DNA of 64,000 bases, taken from Limnochordia bacterium (GTDB taxonomy: Bacteria > Bacillota > Limnochordia > DTU080). Under the pieces are notes generated by a model. It was not told where the DNA came from and made no database searches. It saw only the letters and a program-made list of their open reading frames with translations. The DNA lies in assembly GCA_050951545.1 (NCBI GenBank), contig JBMNJG010000007.1:448001-512000 (forward strand). Direction: 5' to 3'. The translations under genes and the position numbers were made by a program. Position 1 is the stretch's first letter. Each line of letters starts with the position of its first letter. Shown in pieces: positions 1-8,464 of this stretch.

Positions 1-2
1 AA

Positions 3-179
3 TGGCAGAATCGGGCTGCGGCGGTTGTCTTAGCAGTCGCAGGGGTCACCTTGTTCGTCTTGAATGCTCTGGACCTTCTGTGGGGATGGTTTGTCTACCC
101 TGATGGCGCCCTTGCTATGGTCTTGGGCATCGCTATCGCTGGAGCCTTGCTGATGAGCAGGCCGGAACGATCCGAATGA
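3..179 (+). CDS. C-terminal end of a hydrophobic (membrane) protein, truncated by the window edge
   Basis: Frame 3 is open from the window start to TGA 177-179 and reads WQNRAAAVVLAVAGVTLFVLNALDLLWGWFVYPDGALAMVLGIAIAGALLMSRPERSE, with two TM-like stretches. Not in the ORF track. Confidence 0.5.
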   Translation, partial: WQNRAAAVVLAVAGVTLFVLNALDLLWGWFVYPDGALAMVLGIAIAGALLMSRPERSE

Positions 180-227
180 GAGACGCAACGTGTAACACTC
201 GCCGGAGGTGCCTACGCCCCTTGCGCA

Positions 228-722
228 GTGCGTACGCATATTGGTGACGCTCAGGTTCAGATGACTGTAGATACGGAGTATCCTTTCCGCGACGTGGTGG
301 CATTCACTGTGTCTACAGATCGCCGGGCCGAGTTTGCTATCTGGCTACGCATCCCAGACTGGGCCCAAGGTGCTACTGTTGAGCTAGCCGAAGAGGTACT
401 TTCGCCTGCAACTGGAGGCTTTTATCGCCTGGAGCGAGTGTGGAAAGGAACGGTTTCTTCTGTGCTTCGCTTGCCCATGCAGGTAGAGCTGATGAATCGT
501 CCGGGCAACCTGTACGCACACATGCGGGGACCTCTCGTGTATTCCCTGTCGCTAGGGGAGCGGTGGGTGCGCGTCAATGAGGACACTCCGGGCCGCGAGC
601 CACCACATTGCGACTATGAGGTGTATGCTACGAGTCCCTGGAACTACGGCCTATGTCTTGACTCGGAAATGCCCCAGAGCGGCGTGATCTTTGAGGAGCA
701 GCTGCACCCACCCCAGCCATGA
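228..722 (+). pseudogene. Fragment of a GH127/GH146 beta-L-arabinofuranosidase-like protein (C-terminal beta-sandwich part only)
   Basis: Motifs (YAP)..TEYPF..FAIWLRIPDWA..RVW..LRLPM..RGPLVYSL. The catalytic N-terminal barrel is absent and the C-terminus looks truncated. Confidence 0.7.
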
Positions 723-853
723 CCTGGATAGCCGAGGAAGAGGAGGAACTCAAGCTTATTCCCTATGGTTGCACGAGTCTGCGGGTTACCGAGATGCCTC
801 TGGTCTGAGGGCCAGAGAGCTGGTGCTGAAAGGTGGCCCCATCCTCGCTGTCC

Positions 854-1768
854 TTAACCAGCCGATGTCTGCGACCCGTCAGCGGGACGTGTTCGGTACT
901 CGCTTGGCGACATCCGCATCTTCTGTCTAAAGACACGGGCAAAGTAAGAGGGACTGCCGAAGCCGACCGCGTCACTGATCGCTGCAATCGGTCGTGCGGT
1001 GTACAGGAGGAGCCGACATGCTTCTGCCAGTCGGCGATCGTTGATGTACTCGATAGGGGGCCGTCCTGTTGACGAGCGGATGAGCCGCCAAATGTGGCTT
1101 TCTGAGTAGCTAAACACCCGAGCGAGATTACTGACCGACAGGTCATCCCGCAGATGTCTTTCGATGTATGCTATCAGCTCTGGCACGGGATTACCGTGGG
1201 CATCTTCGCGATATGCCGGGGATGGCGGCGTGTCTTGCTCGCGAAGTTCGCTGCCGCCAACCAAAAGAAGCAGCTTGTCGATAAGAGGGTGTAGGTGTCG
1301 CTTTGTCTCACGGCCTCTGGCCATGAGCGCGGCACTGATCTCTTCGAAAACGCTCTGAACACTGTCTTGGGTCATCAGATCGATGTGGCGCTTCAGAATC
1401 ACCCGTTCCGAAACAAGCTCGCCGTTGCTGAAGGTGGGCAGAAAGCACAGGTTCCATCGTTCGTAGTTGCTGTCTATGAGCGGTGTGTGAGGTAATGATG
1501 CTGGAAACACAACCATCGTTCCAGGTGACATGGTGTAGTCGGTGCGGGCGATGCGCATGACCCCTTCGCCGCACTCACAGAAGATGATCTCCGTGCCTTC
1601 GTGTTGGTGCGGTTCGTGGCGGTAGTACCCTTCGGGATATCGTTTCCATGCACAGAAAACGCCCAAGCGCGATACGGTGCGAGACATTCCCCGATCCCAA
1701 GATGACAGGCGTTCTGTTTTCGTCACGATGGGCCCCCTGGAATTACGCGAGATCTGTACCATCCACAT
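854..1768 (-). CDS. AraC-family transcriptional regulator
   Basis: N-terminal cupin (HEPHQHEGTEIIFC) and C-terminal double HTH (IAAISDAVGFGSPSYFARVFRQKMRMSPSEYR). The true start may be slightly downstream. Divergent from the 1837 gene. Confidence 0.92.
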   Translation of the reverse strand: MWMVQISRNSRGPIVTKTERLSSWDRGMSRTVSRLGVFCAWKRYPEGYYRHEPHQHEGTEIIFCECGEGVMRIARTDYTMSPGTMVVFPASLPHTPLIDSNYERWNLCFLPTFSNGELVSERVILKRHIDLMTQDSVQSVFEEISAALMARGRETKRHLHPLIDKLLLLVGGSELREQDTPPSPAYREDAHGNPVPELIAYIERHLRDDLSVSNLARVFSYSESHIWRLIRSSTGRPPIEYINDRRLAEACRLLLYTARPIAAISDAVGFGSPSYFARVFRQKMRMSPSEYRTRPADGSQTSAG

Positions 1769-1836
1769 AAAAGTATTAGACTACATCCGCTCCTGATCCT
1801 GCCATATACTTGTATGTGCAAGGGGGGTAACCATGC

Positions 1837-4800
1837 ATGACCTTTTGGATGAGGAAATACTCCAAGCCCTTGGTCGTTTTCTGGATTCTGGTTGCACTAG
1901 GTGTTGCGGTTGGGGTGTCCGCTGCTGGTAGTGTGACCGAAGAGGCGAATCTGCTCGCCAATCCCGGGTTTGAGTTAGGCGAACAGGGTGATTTCCCTGT
2001 CGGCTGGTCAGGCCGAGGGGCTGGAAAATATTGGGTTAAGCTGATTGAAGAAGAAGCCTACTCCGGAGACAGGATGGTCGGTTTGTTTACACCGCACGAC
2101 CGAACGTCGGGTTGGGGGATACAAACCGAGCCAATCCCCGTCACAGCGGGCCGTACATATGAAGCGGCTGGCATGATCAAGCTTCTCGGAGCACGGGTAC
2201 AGATATACATCGAATTCTATGGCAGCTCTGGAGCTCGGATCAAGCCATACGTCGGGCAGACGAGAGTCAACGATGAGTGGACATGGCTCAGCATATCCGG
2301 AGAGGCACCGGAAGGGTCAGCTTACGCTCGTGTGTTACTGTATATGCCGCCTAACGTGCCCAATACGTGTGCCTATTTCGACGACATTACCTTCACCGAG
2401 ATCGTGGAGGAAGAGGTGGCAGAGGAGGACACAAGGCGGAGTCCAGGGACATTCTATGTATCATCTGGCGGCGACAACCACAATGACGGTACCCTTGAGG
2501 CCCCCTGGGCGACTGTAGGGTACGCTTCTGCCCGGGCGATCCCTGGCGATACGATTGTCTTCTTGCCCGGTGAGTACGAAGGGGTGCTAAAGCCGCTGCG
2601 TAGTGGCACGGCAGATGCGCCGATTGTCTTCAGAGCATCGGAGCGCCGAACAGCCCGATTGGCTGGCGAATCAGGTGCGGCCTACGCGATCGAACTATCA
2701 AACGTGGAGCACATTTCCGTCGAGGGCTTTCACGTGAAACCAAAATCATCTCAAGGACGTTGGCTGCTCGTCCAGGGCTCCAAACACATTCGTATCAATG
2801 ACGTCCTGATGGAAGATGCGACTGGTGGAATGCCCTTCCTTATCACTCACAGTGAACACATTCAAGTGCGCGATAGCGTGATTCAGCGGTATATAGGCGG
2901 CAACATGGCGCGGGTTGGCGATTCGGCACACATCCTTTTTGAAGGCAATGCGATTTCCCGCACGGGGCACAGTCCGTTCCAGTTCTACCCGGAAAGATCC
3001 ACCCGCAACGTGGTCATCCGCGGCAACGTCTTTCATGCCGCGTGGGGGCGCAATTTCGAGTTTTTTGGTACGGAAAACATCCTCTTTGAGCATAACATCG
3101 TCACCAATGCTTTCGACGGCGGGCGCTCGGCCAGCACGAATGCCAAGTTCGCCGTGGAGCGGGGCATATTCCGCTTTAATCGGGTGTTTCGCAATTGGGG
3201 CGGAGCACTGCATCTGTATACCTTCCGCGAGCAATGGCTGAGCCACATTCGTCTTTACAACAATGTCTTCGACGACAACTATGAGTACGGCATCGCAACC
3301 AGCGACTCGCCCGCTCAGATGCGTGACGTCGTCTTTGTCAACAACGTGTTCTCCCGCAATGACGTGCATGGGGGTCACCGTCAAGTTCAGTTTCAATCGA
3401 TGGGAATGCCGGAGAAAGGTCCGGAGGGTGAGCTGGTCCCTCGTGTGCGCTTCTTGAGCAATGCTCTTTCCGCCAGCGACCCCGACTTCATGTCAACACT
3501 CAGTTTCGGTGGGCGTCGCTTGGACATCGGTACTGTAGAAAGCGACGCCTGGCGGCAGCCTTCCCTATCGAATCAGTCTGTTCACTTCTCGGGTAATGCG
3601 GCGTTCTCTCCACAGTTTGCTGACGCCAAGACGTACAACCATGCCCTCGCACCTGGTAGCCCACTCATAGATGGCGGTCGCTTCTTGACTTCGACTGTTG
3701 GGGCAGGAGAGGGGCGTACGGTTCGCGTTGAAGACGCGATGTATTTCTACGACGGCTTCGGCATCGAGGGCGAGCAGGGTGATCTCGTGGTGGTCGGATC
3801 GCCGGACCAGTTGGCTCGTATAGTGAAGGTTGATTATGAGGCCAACGAGATCACGCTGGACCGCATCGTGAACTGGCAAGACGGGGCTCCCGTGAGCTTC
3901 CCTTGGGGTGGCCAGGCCCCCGATATGGGGGTGTACGAGCACGGTGCGGGCGGTCGGCCGTCCGTGCAGATAGTGGCGCGCCCCTTTTTCGTTCGACCTC
4001 AAGACGAAGTGCGCTTGTCAGCGACTCTCGCTAATATCGGTGATCCTGTCGAGATTCGCTGGCAGTTGGGTGATGGCACGATCGCTTTTGGTGCCGAATT
4101 GACGCATGTCTATGATGAGCCATACGATTATCCGATACGAGTGAGGGTGACGACGAAGTCGGGAGAGGTCTTTCGCGGCACGGGGTACGTCGTCGTCGAA
4201 CCGATGCGACCAGTCGATGATCCGTTGCTTCATTCGACGTTTGACAAGGAAGACGAAGACTGGTGGTGGTACTGGAAGTGTTACACGCCAGCCCCGGTCG
4301 ATTGGAGCCATGAGATCGATGGTGCATCGGGCAACGGAGTGCTTCGGATCTCGAACCCCGGTGGCGGCACCCTCCCGCTCAGAGTGGCACCCGCCAAATG
4401 GGATATTGACCAGTATCCATGGATTTTCTTGCGTTACCGCGTATCTCCCGGTGCTCCGATTGGGCTCTATCTAGACGGGTTCAGCGATACGGAGGGCAGA
4501 GGGCAAAGAAAGTGGCTTGCTGCGGCATCAGGTGAGCGCAACACCCGTACGGGTCGCTTGACCCCTTACGAACTGATCGACGATGGTAACTGGCATGTGC
4601 TGCTTATGGACGCGCGGCTAATACGTGCCGATTTCCCAGAGGTCAGCGTGTTGAAGAGACTCGGGATGGAGGCGCTGTCGGTATCAAGACAGGGCGATGC
4701 GTACTGGCTCGACGAGATCGCTATAGTGCCCGATGAGGCTCTGCGCAACTCCGCCTGGGAGGAGAAGCTGACGCATAGGCAAAGAGGTCACATCGACATC

Positions 4801-5574
4801 GTTTCGCCAAGAGAGGGAGCAGTAGTAAGTGGCGAGATGGTGCTTGATCTCGCGCTAGTCGCCTATGGCGAAGTCGGCGAGATGCCTACAGACTCGTTCG
4901 TACAGGGAATCACTGTGGATGTTGATGGTCAGGTTGTTCTTTCAACTGCTGACGGCCGTGAAGTTGAGGATCTGCGGATCGATACCAATGCCTTATCCGA
5001 TGGCTCCCATCAACTTGCCGTTACGCTGACCGATGAAGTGGGCATGACGATAACGTGCCGCGCTGCGTTCACGGTGCGCAACTGGCAAGTGATGAGAGAT
5101 CGATTGGAGCCTCCGGAGGAATGGTCATTCTTTGGTGAGACGATGACGACGGATCTAAGCAAGACGACGGCCGAATCAGGTGGCTGGGCGTATGCCTCAG
5201 AGTTGGAGCAGTCCGCTTTCGAGGGCGTATCGGGGAAGGTAAAGACGACCGCCAACGAGGAGTATCTCATCTGGGAAGCCCCAGGGCTACGTAACTTCGA
5301 GATCCTTGTCTATACGACGATGAGTGACATCGGAAGTGTTGTGAGGGTGGAGGCAGACACGGGCGACTCAGAATGGGTCGGTCTTCCATGCGTCACGACA
5401 AGAGCCGGGGCCATCGGGTCTGGAGACCCGTCATGGACCACGTTTACGATTACTGGCAATGGGCCGCAAGGGGCAGAGGCCACTGCTTTTCGGCTAATCG
5501 TCGGATCAGAAGCGCCAGCATATGCACTCGGGGTCGAAGAGGTCGTGTTGGACATACGTTCGTCTTGTTTCTGA
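1837..5574 (+). CDS. Large secreted multidomain carbohydrate-active protein: CBM4/9-like, right-handed beta-helix (lyase-like), PKD, Ig-like and shared C-terminal domain
   Basis: Signal peptide; NLLANPGFE..YFDDITF (CBM-like); FYVSSGGDNHNDGTLEAPWAT..PGDTI..LPGEY (beta-helix start); WQLGDG..THVY (PKD); IDTNALSDGSHQL (Ig-like). Confidence 0.88.
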   Translation: MTFWMRKYSKPLVVFWILVALGVAVGVSAAGSVTEEANLLANPGFELGEQGDFPVGWSGRGAGKYWVKLIEEEAYSGDRMVGLFTPHDRTSGWGIQTEPIPVTAGRTYEAAGMIKLLGARVQIYIEFYGSSGARIKPYVGQTRVNDEWTWLSISGEAPEGSAYARVLLYMPPNVPNTCAYFDDITFTEIVEEEVAEEDTRRSPGTFYVSSGGDNHNDGTLEAPWATVGYASARAIPGDTIVFLPGEYEGVLKPLRSGTADAPIVFRASERRTARLAGESGAAYAIELSNVEHISVEGFHVKPKSSQGRWLLVQGSKHIRINDVLMEDATGGMPFLITHSEHIQVRDSVIQRYIGGNMARVGDSAHILFEGNAISRTGHSPFQFYPERSTRNVVIRGNVFHAAWGRNFEFFGTENILFEHNIVTNAFDGGRSASTNAKFAVERGIFRFNRVFRNWGGALHLYTFREQWLSHIRLYNNVFDDNYEYGIATSDSPAQMRDVVFVNNVFSRNDVHGGHRQVQFQSMGMPEKGPEGELVPRVRFLSNALSASDPDFMSTLSFGGRRLDIGTVESDAWRQPSLSNQSVHFSGNAAFSPQFADAKTYNHALAPGSPLIDGGRFLTSTVGAGEGRTVRVEDAMYFYDGFGIEGEQGDLVVVGSPDQLARIVKVDYEANEITLDRIVNWQDGAPVSFPWGGQAPDMGVYEHGAGGRPSVQIVARPFFVRPQDEVRLSATLANIGDPVEIRWQLGDGTIAFGAELTHVYDEPYDYPIRVRVTTKSGEVFRGTGYVVVEPMRPVDDPLLHSTFDKEDEDWWWYWKCYTPAPVDWSHEIDGASGNGVLRISNPGGGTLPLRVAPAKWDIDQYPWIFLRYRVSPGAPIGLYLDGFSDTEGRGQRKWLAAASGERNTRTGRLTPYELIDDGNWHVLLMDARLIRADFPEVSVLKRLGMEALSVSRQGDAYWLDEIAIVPDEALRNSAWEEKLTHRQRGHIDIVSPREGAVVSGEMVLDLALVAYGEVGEMPTDSFVQGITVDVDGQVVLSTADGREVEDLRIDTNALSDGSHQLAVTLTDEVGMTITCRAAFTVRNWQVMRDRLEPPEEWSFFGETMTTDLSKTTAESGGWAYASELEQSAFEGVSGKVKTTANEEYLIWEAPGLRNFEILVYTTMSDIGSVVRVEADTGDSEWVGLPCVTTRAGAIGSGDPSWTTFTITGNGPQGAEATAFRLIVGSEAPAYALGVEEVVLDIRSSCF

Positions 5575-5589
5575 TGTGCGGCCGTTGTA

Positions 5590-5743
5590 GGCATCTGCGT
5601 ACACCGCTATGGATCGAGTACTACGTCAACCAGCTAATCCGGCGATGAACGCCGTATTAGGAGGCGAGAAGACACCGGAGCAGGCCTTACATGATGTACA
5701 GCTTGTGATGGTGGATCGCTTCCGCAGTGTCTTTGGCCAGTAG
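5590..5743 (+). pseudogene. C-terminal remnant of a sugar ABC solute-binding protein
   Basis: Two frames joined by a frameshift near 5635 read TPLWIEYYVNQL and NPAMNAVLGGEKTPEQALHDVQLVMVDRFRSVFGQ*, the typical SBP C-terminal GEKTPEQAL helix. Confidence 0.55.
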
Positions 5744-5851
5744 GGACTATATCGAAATCGTCCGGTTTCGTTTCCCCGACCGATTCGGTAGCTGTAACGC
5801 ATGCCCCGGGGATGACGGTCAGCCATTGCTCGTCCCCCGGGGCTCTGCATG

Positions 5852-6577
5852 TCACAGGCGGTTGGTTTGGTAACGTGCCCACATATCATCTGCTATGCGC
5901 CAGGACTCTCCCCCCACGCCGTATCTGCTGAAGTGTTGGCATACATTCTCAATGTCTCGATGCAAAAACGCATAGGCTTGCGAGTTGAATCGAGCGTCAA
6001 CGGCCTGAGGAAAGTCGATCACCTTGATGCTGCCCTGCCAGTAAAGGATGTTGAACGGCGACAGGTCGGCATGAACCAGATGATGGGTGAGCCACAGTCT
6101 GATGTTCTCGACGAGACGCTGGTATATTTCCGGCGCTTCATCTGCTTCTAGGTGTACCCTGTTCAGCTGCGACGCCGGTCCGAGTTCATCACCGACATAC
6201 TCCATGAGAATGGCGTTCTCGCTCATGGCCAAGGACAAGGGGACGTCGGCTCCGGCGGCATGCAGCACGCTTAGGGTCTTGAACTCGTTCTCCAACCACA
6301 CGCTGAAATCGACTACCCGGCCCACTTGTGTTTTGTTTCGCGAAGCACGCCGCAAGCGAGAGTCGGCAATGTAGAAGCCTTCCCGGTACGCCGCGTCATG
6401 TCTGAAACCACGAGACTCCGGGTTTGCGTATACCTTAGCGAGCAGCAAGTCGTAACCCGTGGCGGGGTTCGCTTGGCAGCAGTAGGCAGTGGCCTCTTTG
6501 CCGCTCTTCAACGGTTCTAGGACTTCGGTTATCCAACCTTCATCGACGAAGCTTTGTAGTGTGGGCAGTTTTGACAT
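5852..6577 (-). CDS. RIO1-family serine/threonine kinase (bacterial RIO-like)
   Basis: LKSGKEATAY (RIO P-loop), ILMEYVG, LVHADLSPFNIL and VIDFPQAV motifs. Start moved to ATG 6577, after a GAGGGGAG RBS. Confidence 0.92.
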   Translation of the reverse strand: MSKLPTLQSFVDEGWITEVLEPLKSGKEATAYCCQANPATGYDLLLAKVYANPESRGFRHDAAYREGFYIADSRLRRASRNKTQVGRVVDFSVWLENEFKTLSVLHAAGADVPLSLAMSENAILMEYVGDELGPASQLNRVHLEADEAPEIYQRLVENIRLWLTHHLVHADLSPFNILYWQGSIKVIDFPQAVDARFNSQAYAFLHRDIENVCQHFSRYGVGGESWRIADDMWARYQTNRL

Positions 6578-6726
6578 CCTGCTACTCTCCCCTCGCGGGT
6601 GAGAGGCACATGAGCAGCTGCACAGTGTGCTAAAGGTGGCGTCGTGGATGGGAAGGGGCTTTCCGGGAAGCAAGGAGAGGAAAGCTTGGGCTCATCTCTG
6701 CCCTGGGCTCATGAGATGCAGAACGT

Positions 6727-6801
6727 CTAGCGGGGATTTGTTTGATCGCGTTCAGGTGAGGGCGGACGACACCGTATGCAGTTAGGCGTGCATGCTATCA
6801 T
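6727..6801 (-). CDS. Putative 24-aa leader peptide upstream of the RIO kinase (MIACTPNCIRCRPPSPERDQTNPR)
   Basis: Strong RBS GGAGGTG 6 nt before ATG 6801; TAG at 6727-6729; lies between a sigma-A-like promoter and the kinase. Confidence 0.5.
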   Translation of the reverse strand: MIACTPNCIRCRPPSPERDQTNPR

Positions 6802-6831
6802 GGCCCTCACCTCCAGTGGATGTTTGTCTCT

Positions 6832-6861
6832 AATGTAGCATGTGGGCGTTGCACGAGTCAA
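6832..6861 (-). promoter_or_regulatory. Sigma-A/70-like promoter for the leader peptide and RIO kinase
   Basis: Minus strand TTGACT-N18-TACATT, with an extended -10 TG. Confidence 0.6.
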
Positions 6862-6925
6862 CGTTGCGACCATACGGGGGGCCGCGCAAAGAACTGCGGT
6901 AATCTCCCTGCGTCCGCTTGGGTTG

Positions 6926-8307
6926 GTGGTAGGAACCTAGCGATGCGGTCTTCGCGAAGCCCTTCTGCTCATTTTGATCGCCCGAAGGGCCTATTTCCCC
7001 GCCTAAGGGCACGCTTTCCCGCCTTGATTTCGGTTCTGGGGCTACCGGGCAGCACATAACCGAACGGTAGTGACTGCCTTTTTCCACTCAGCCGATTGGG
7101 GTCAGCTCCCCAGTGCGCGATCACAGCGGGCTCGCTCGGGTCCCTCTGCGAACCGACCCTTCAGTGTTAACCCGGTCGGTGTATTTCGAGAAAGGTGGAC
7201 AGATGCAATGGACGCGCTCGGGAAACAGGCTCTGCAGTCAGACACCAGCCGGATTGGTATGTGAGGCCGGGCTAAGGATGTGGCCGCGATGGCAAGAGAG
7301 CCGCCCCATCAACCCCCGGGGCCAATGTACGTGGTAAAAGTGCAGCGATGCGGTCTTCGCGAAGCCCTTTTTGCTCATTTTGACCGCCTGAAGGGCTCTT
7401 TTCCCCGCAAGAGCACGCTTTCCCGCCTTGATTTCGCTTCTGGGGCTACCGGGCAGCACATAACCCGACGGTAGTGACGGCCTTTTCCCACTCAGCCGAT
7501 TGGATCAGCTCTCCAGTGCGCGATCACAGCGGGCTCGCTCGGGTCCCTCTGCGGACCGACCCTTCGGTGTTGCCCCGGTCGGTGCATTCGAACAGAATGG
7601 ACGGACACCATGCACACGCTTGCGAGACTGGCTCGGCAGTCGGACACCAGCCGGATTGGTATGTGAGGCCCGGCTAAGGATGTGGCCGCGATGGCAAGAG
7701 AGCCGCCCTATTTACCCCCGGAGCAGGTGTGGGTGGTAAAAGTGCAGCGATGCGGCCTTCGCGAAGCCCTTTTGGCTGGTCTGGACGGCCTGAAGGGCCC
7801 TTTTCCCCCCAAAAGAGCGCGCTTTCCCGCCCTGGTGGCCCCTCTGGAGCTACCGCGCAGCACATAACCCGACGCAATTGATAGCCTTTTCCCACTCAGT
7901 CGATGGGGTCAGCTCCCCAGTGCGCGATCACAGCTGGCTCGCTCGGGTCCCTCTGCGAACCGACCCTTCAGTGTTAACCCGGTCGGTGCATTTGGAAGAG
8001 AATGGACGGATCAATGGACACGCTCGCGAGACTGGCTCGGTAGTCAGACACCAGCCGGATTGGCATGCGAGTCGGGGCCAAGAATCCGACCGCGATGGCA
8101 AGAGAGCCCCTCATTAACCCCCGGGCCCAATGTACGTGGTAAAAGTGCAGCGATGCGGCCTTCGCGGAGCCCTTTTGGCTCATTTTGATCGCCCGAAGGG
8201 CTCATTTCCCCGCCCAAGGGCACGCTTTCCGGCCTTGATGCCTCTTCCGGAGCTGCCGGGCGGTACATAACCGAACAGTGGCGATACCTTTTTCCCACTC
8301 AGCCGAT
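6926..8307. repeat. Tandem array of ~403-bp non-coding units (3 full copies plus ~170 bp)
   Basis: Anchor AGCGATGCGG starts at 6939, 7344, 7746 and 8149 (periods 405, 402, 403). Shared blocks include CAGTGCGCGATCACAGCnGGCTCGCTCGGGTCCCTCTGCG, GACACCAGCCGGATTGG and CCGCGATGGCAAGAGAGCC. No reading frame is conserved. Confidence 0.97.
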
Positions 8308-8432
8308 GATCCGAGGGTGAAATGCTAATCGACTCCCGGTGGCCACCGGGTCTTAGCTGGCAATGCGCGCGTTTTCGGCGAAAGCTGTGGAAGGATTCTG
8401 GTCTCACGTACCGAACATCCCATCGAGACAAT

Positions 8433-8446
8433 CGAACACATGATCG
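8433..8446. promoter_or_regulatory. LexA/DinR (SOS, Cheo-box)-like operator
   Basis: CGAACACATGATCG differs at one position from the Firmicute consensus CGAAC-RNRY-GTTCG and ends ~20 bp before the likely TTG start at 8465. Confidence 0.45.
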
Positions 8447-8464
8447 TTGTGTGAGGTGAGGCCC

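Noticed and set aside
6926-8307. CRISPR array or coding repeat interpretation, and the many 60-85 aa ORFs in the track
   Set aside because: The unit is ~403 bp with no unique spacers and there are no cas genes. Periods of 405, 402 and 403 plus internal indels break any common reading frame.
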